DNA from: Burkholderiales bacterium
GTDB taxonomy: Bacteria > Pseudomonadota > Gammaproteobacteria > Burkholderiales > SG8-41
Direction: 5' to 3'
DNA: 64,000 nt
Assembly: GCA_035649495.1 (NCBI GenBank)
Contig: DASRJL010000147.1
Coordinates: forward strand, 8,479-72,478
Below, in pieces: positions 63,832 to 64,000 of this stretch; position 1 is the stretch's first letter, and each line of letters starts with the position of its first letter. A model generated the notes under the pieces. The model did not search any database. It had not been told where the DNA came from and saw nothing but the letters and a program-made list of their open reading frames with translations. Both the position numbers and the translations under genes were made by a program.

Positions 63832-63933
63832 CACGATTCCTCCAGTGGGGTACTCGGAGGGATCGTACCTTCTTTGCCGTTCTAGTACAAGTACTTAAAT
63901 CAATGACTTAGCGTAAAGTACAGGCTCTTTCGC

Positions 63934-64000
63934 CTATTTTGCTGCGATTTCAAGACTTTCGTCGAGCAATTCCATCCAATGCCGGACCGGCAACGCGGTC
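63934..64000 (-). CDS. 3' end of an unidentified gene running off the window
   Basis: The minus-strand frame reads ...TALPVRHWMELLDESLEIAAK-stop (TAG at 63934-63936). Only 22 codons are visible and the context is AT-rich. Confidence 0.25.
   Translation of the reverse strand, partial: TALPVRHWMELLDESLEIAAK

Noticed and set aside
1-64000. Scan for tRNA T-loop signatures (GGTTCGAAT/GGTTCGAGT), rRNA, IS elements, integrases, phage genes, toxin-antitoxin pairs and cas genes.
   Set aside because: None was seen by eye in any frame. The scan was visual only, so tRNAscan-SE, Infernal and ISfinder runs are needed to confirm absence.

Overview
GC-rich bacterial chromosomal segment. I saw no rRNA, tRNA, CRISPR array, transposase or integrase. 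About 60 protein genes are packed tightly and have a catabolic or accessory character.

Gene content:
- Nine Bug/TctC-family periplasmic solute receptors, with no TctA/TctB membrane partner in the window.
- Oxygen-dependent aromatic-type enzymes: a Rieske oxygenase, a LigB-type extradiol dioxygenase, an FAD monooxygenase, cupins and VOC proteins.
- Two LLM flavin oxidoreductases, two tandem amidohydrolase-2 paralogs and two SMP-30 lactonase-like proteins.
- An acyl-CoA side-chain operon: MaoC hydratase, ADP-forming acyl-CoA synthetase, TctC, and a DUF35 plus SCP-x-type thiolase pair.
- A mitochondrial-type aconitase with a histone-H1-like Lys/Ala tail.
- A roughly 1385-aa protein with two cyclase domains, a P-loop ATPase and TPR-like repeats.
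- MsrB, a GNAT, a TPP enzyme and a STAS protein.
- A DNA methyltransferase at the right edge, next to an AT-rich break.

The Bug expansion resembles Bug-rich Betaproteobacteria, but taxonomy cannot be established from this window.

The most unusual content is non-coding:
1. A roughly 300-nt element is present in two copies 25 kb apart. Each copy sits between a TctC gene and a ring-cleavage or cupin gene, and it is better conserved than the flanking genes.
2. A pervasive family of intergenic tandem heptamers has consensus GTGAC-N2, including one identical 30-mer at two loci. Its 7-nt period places TGA in all three frames.
3. Other short words (GTGATG, CGTCAGG, CACAGAG, CACGGAA, CACCAAG) form direct-repeat arrays followed by their own reverse complement.

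Gene remnants are also present: a thiolase C-terminus and a cupin N-terminus. All coordinates and motifs were read by eye. No search or folding was run.
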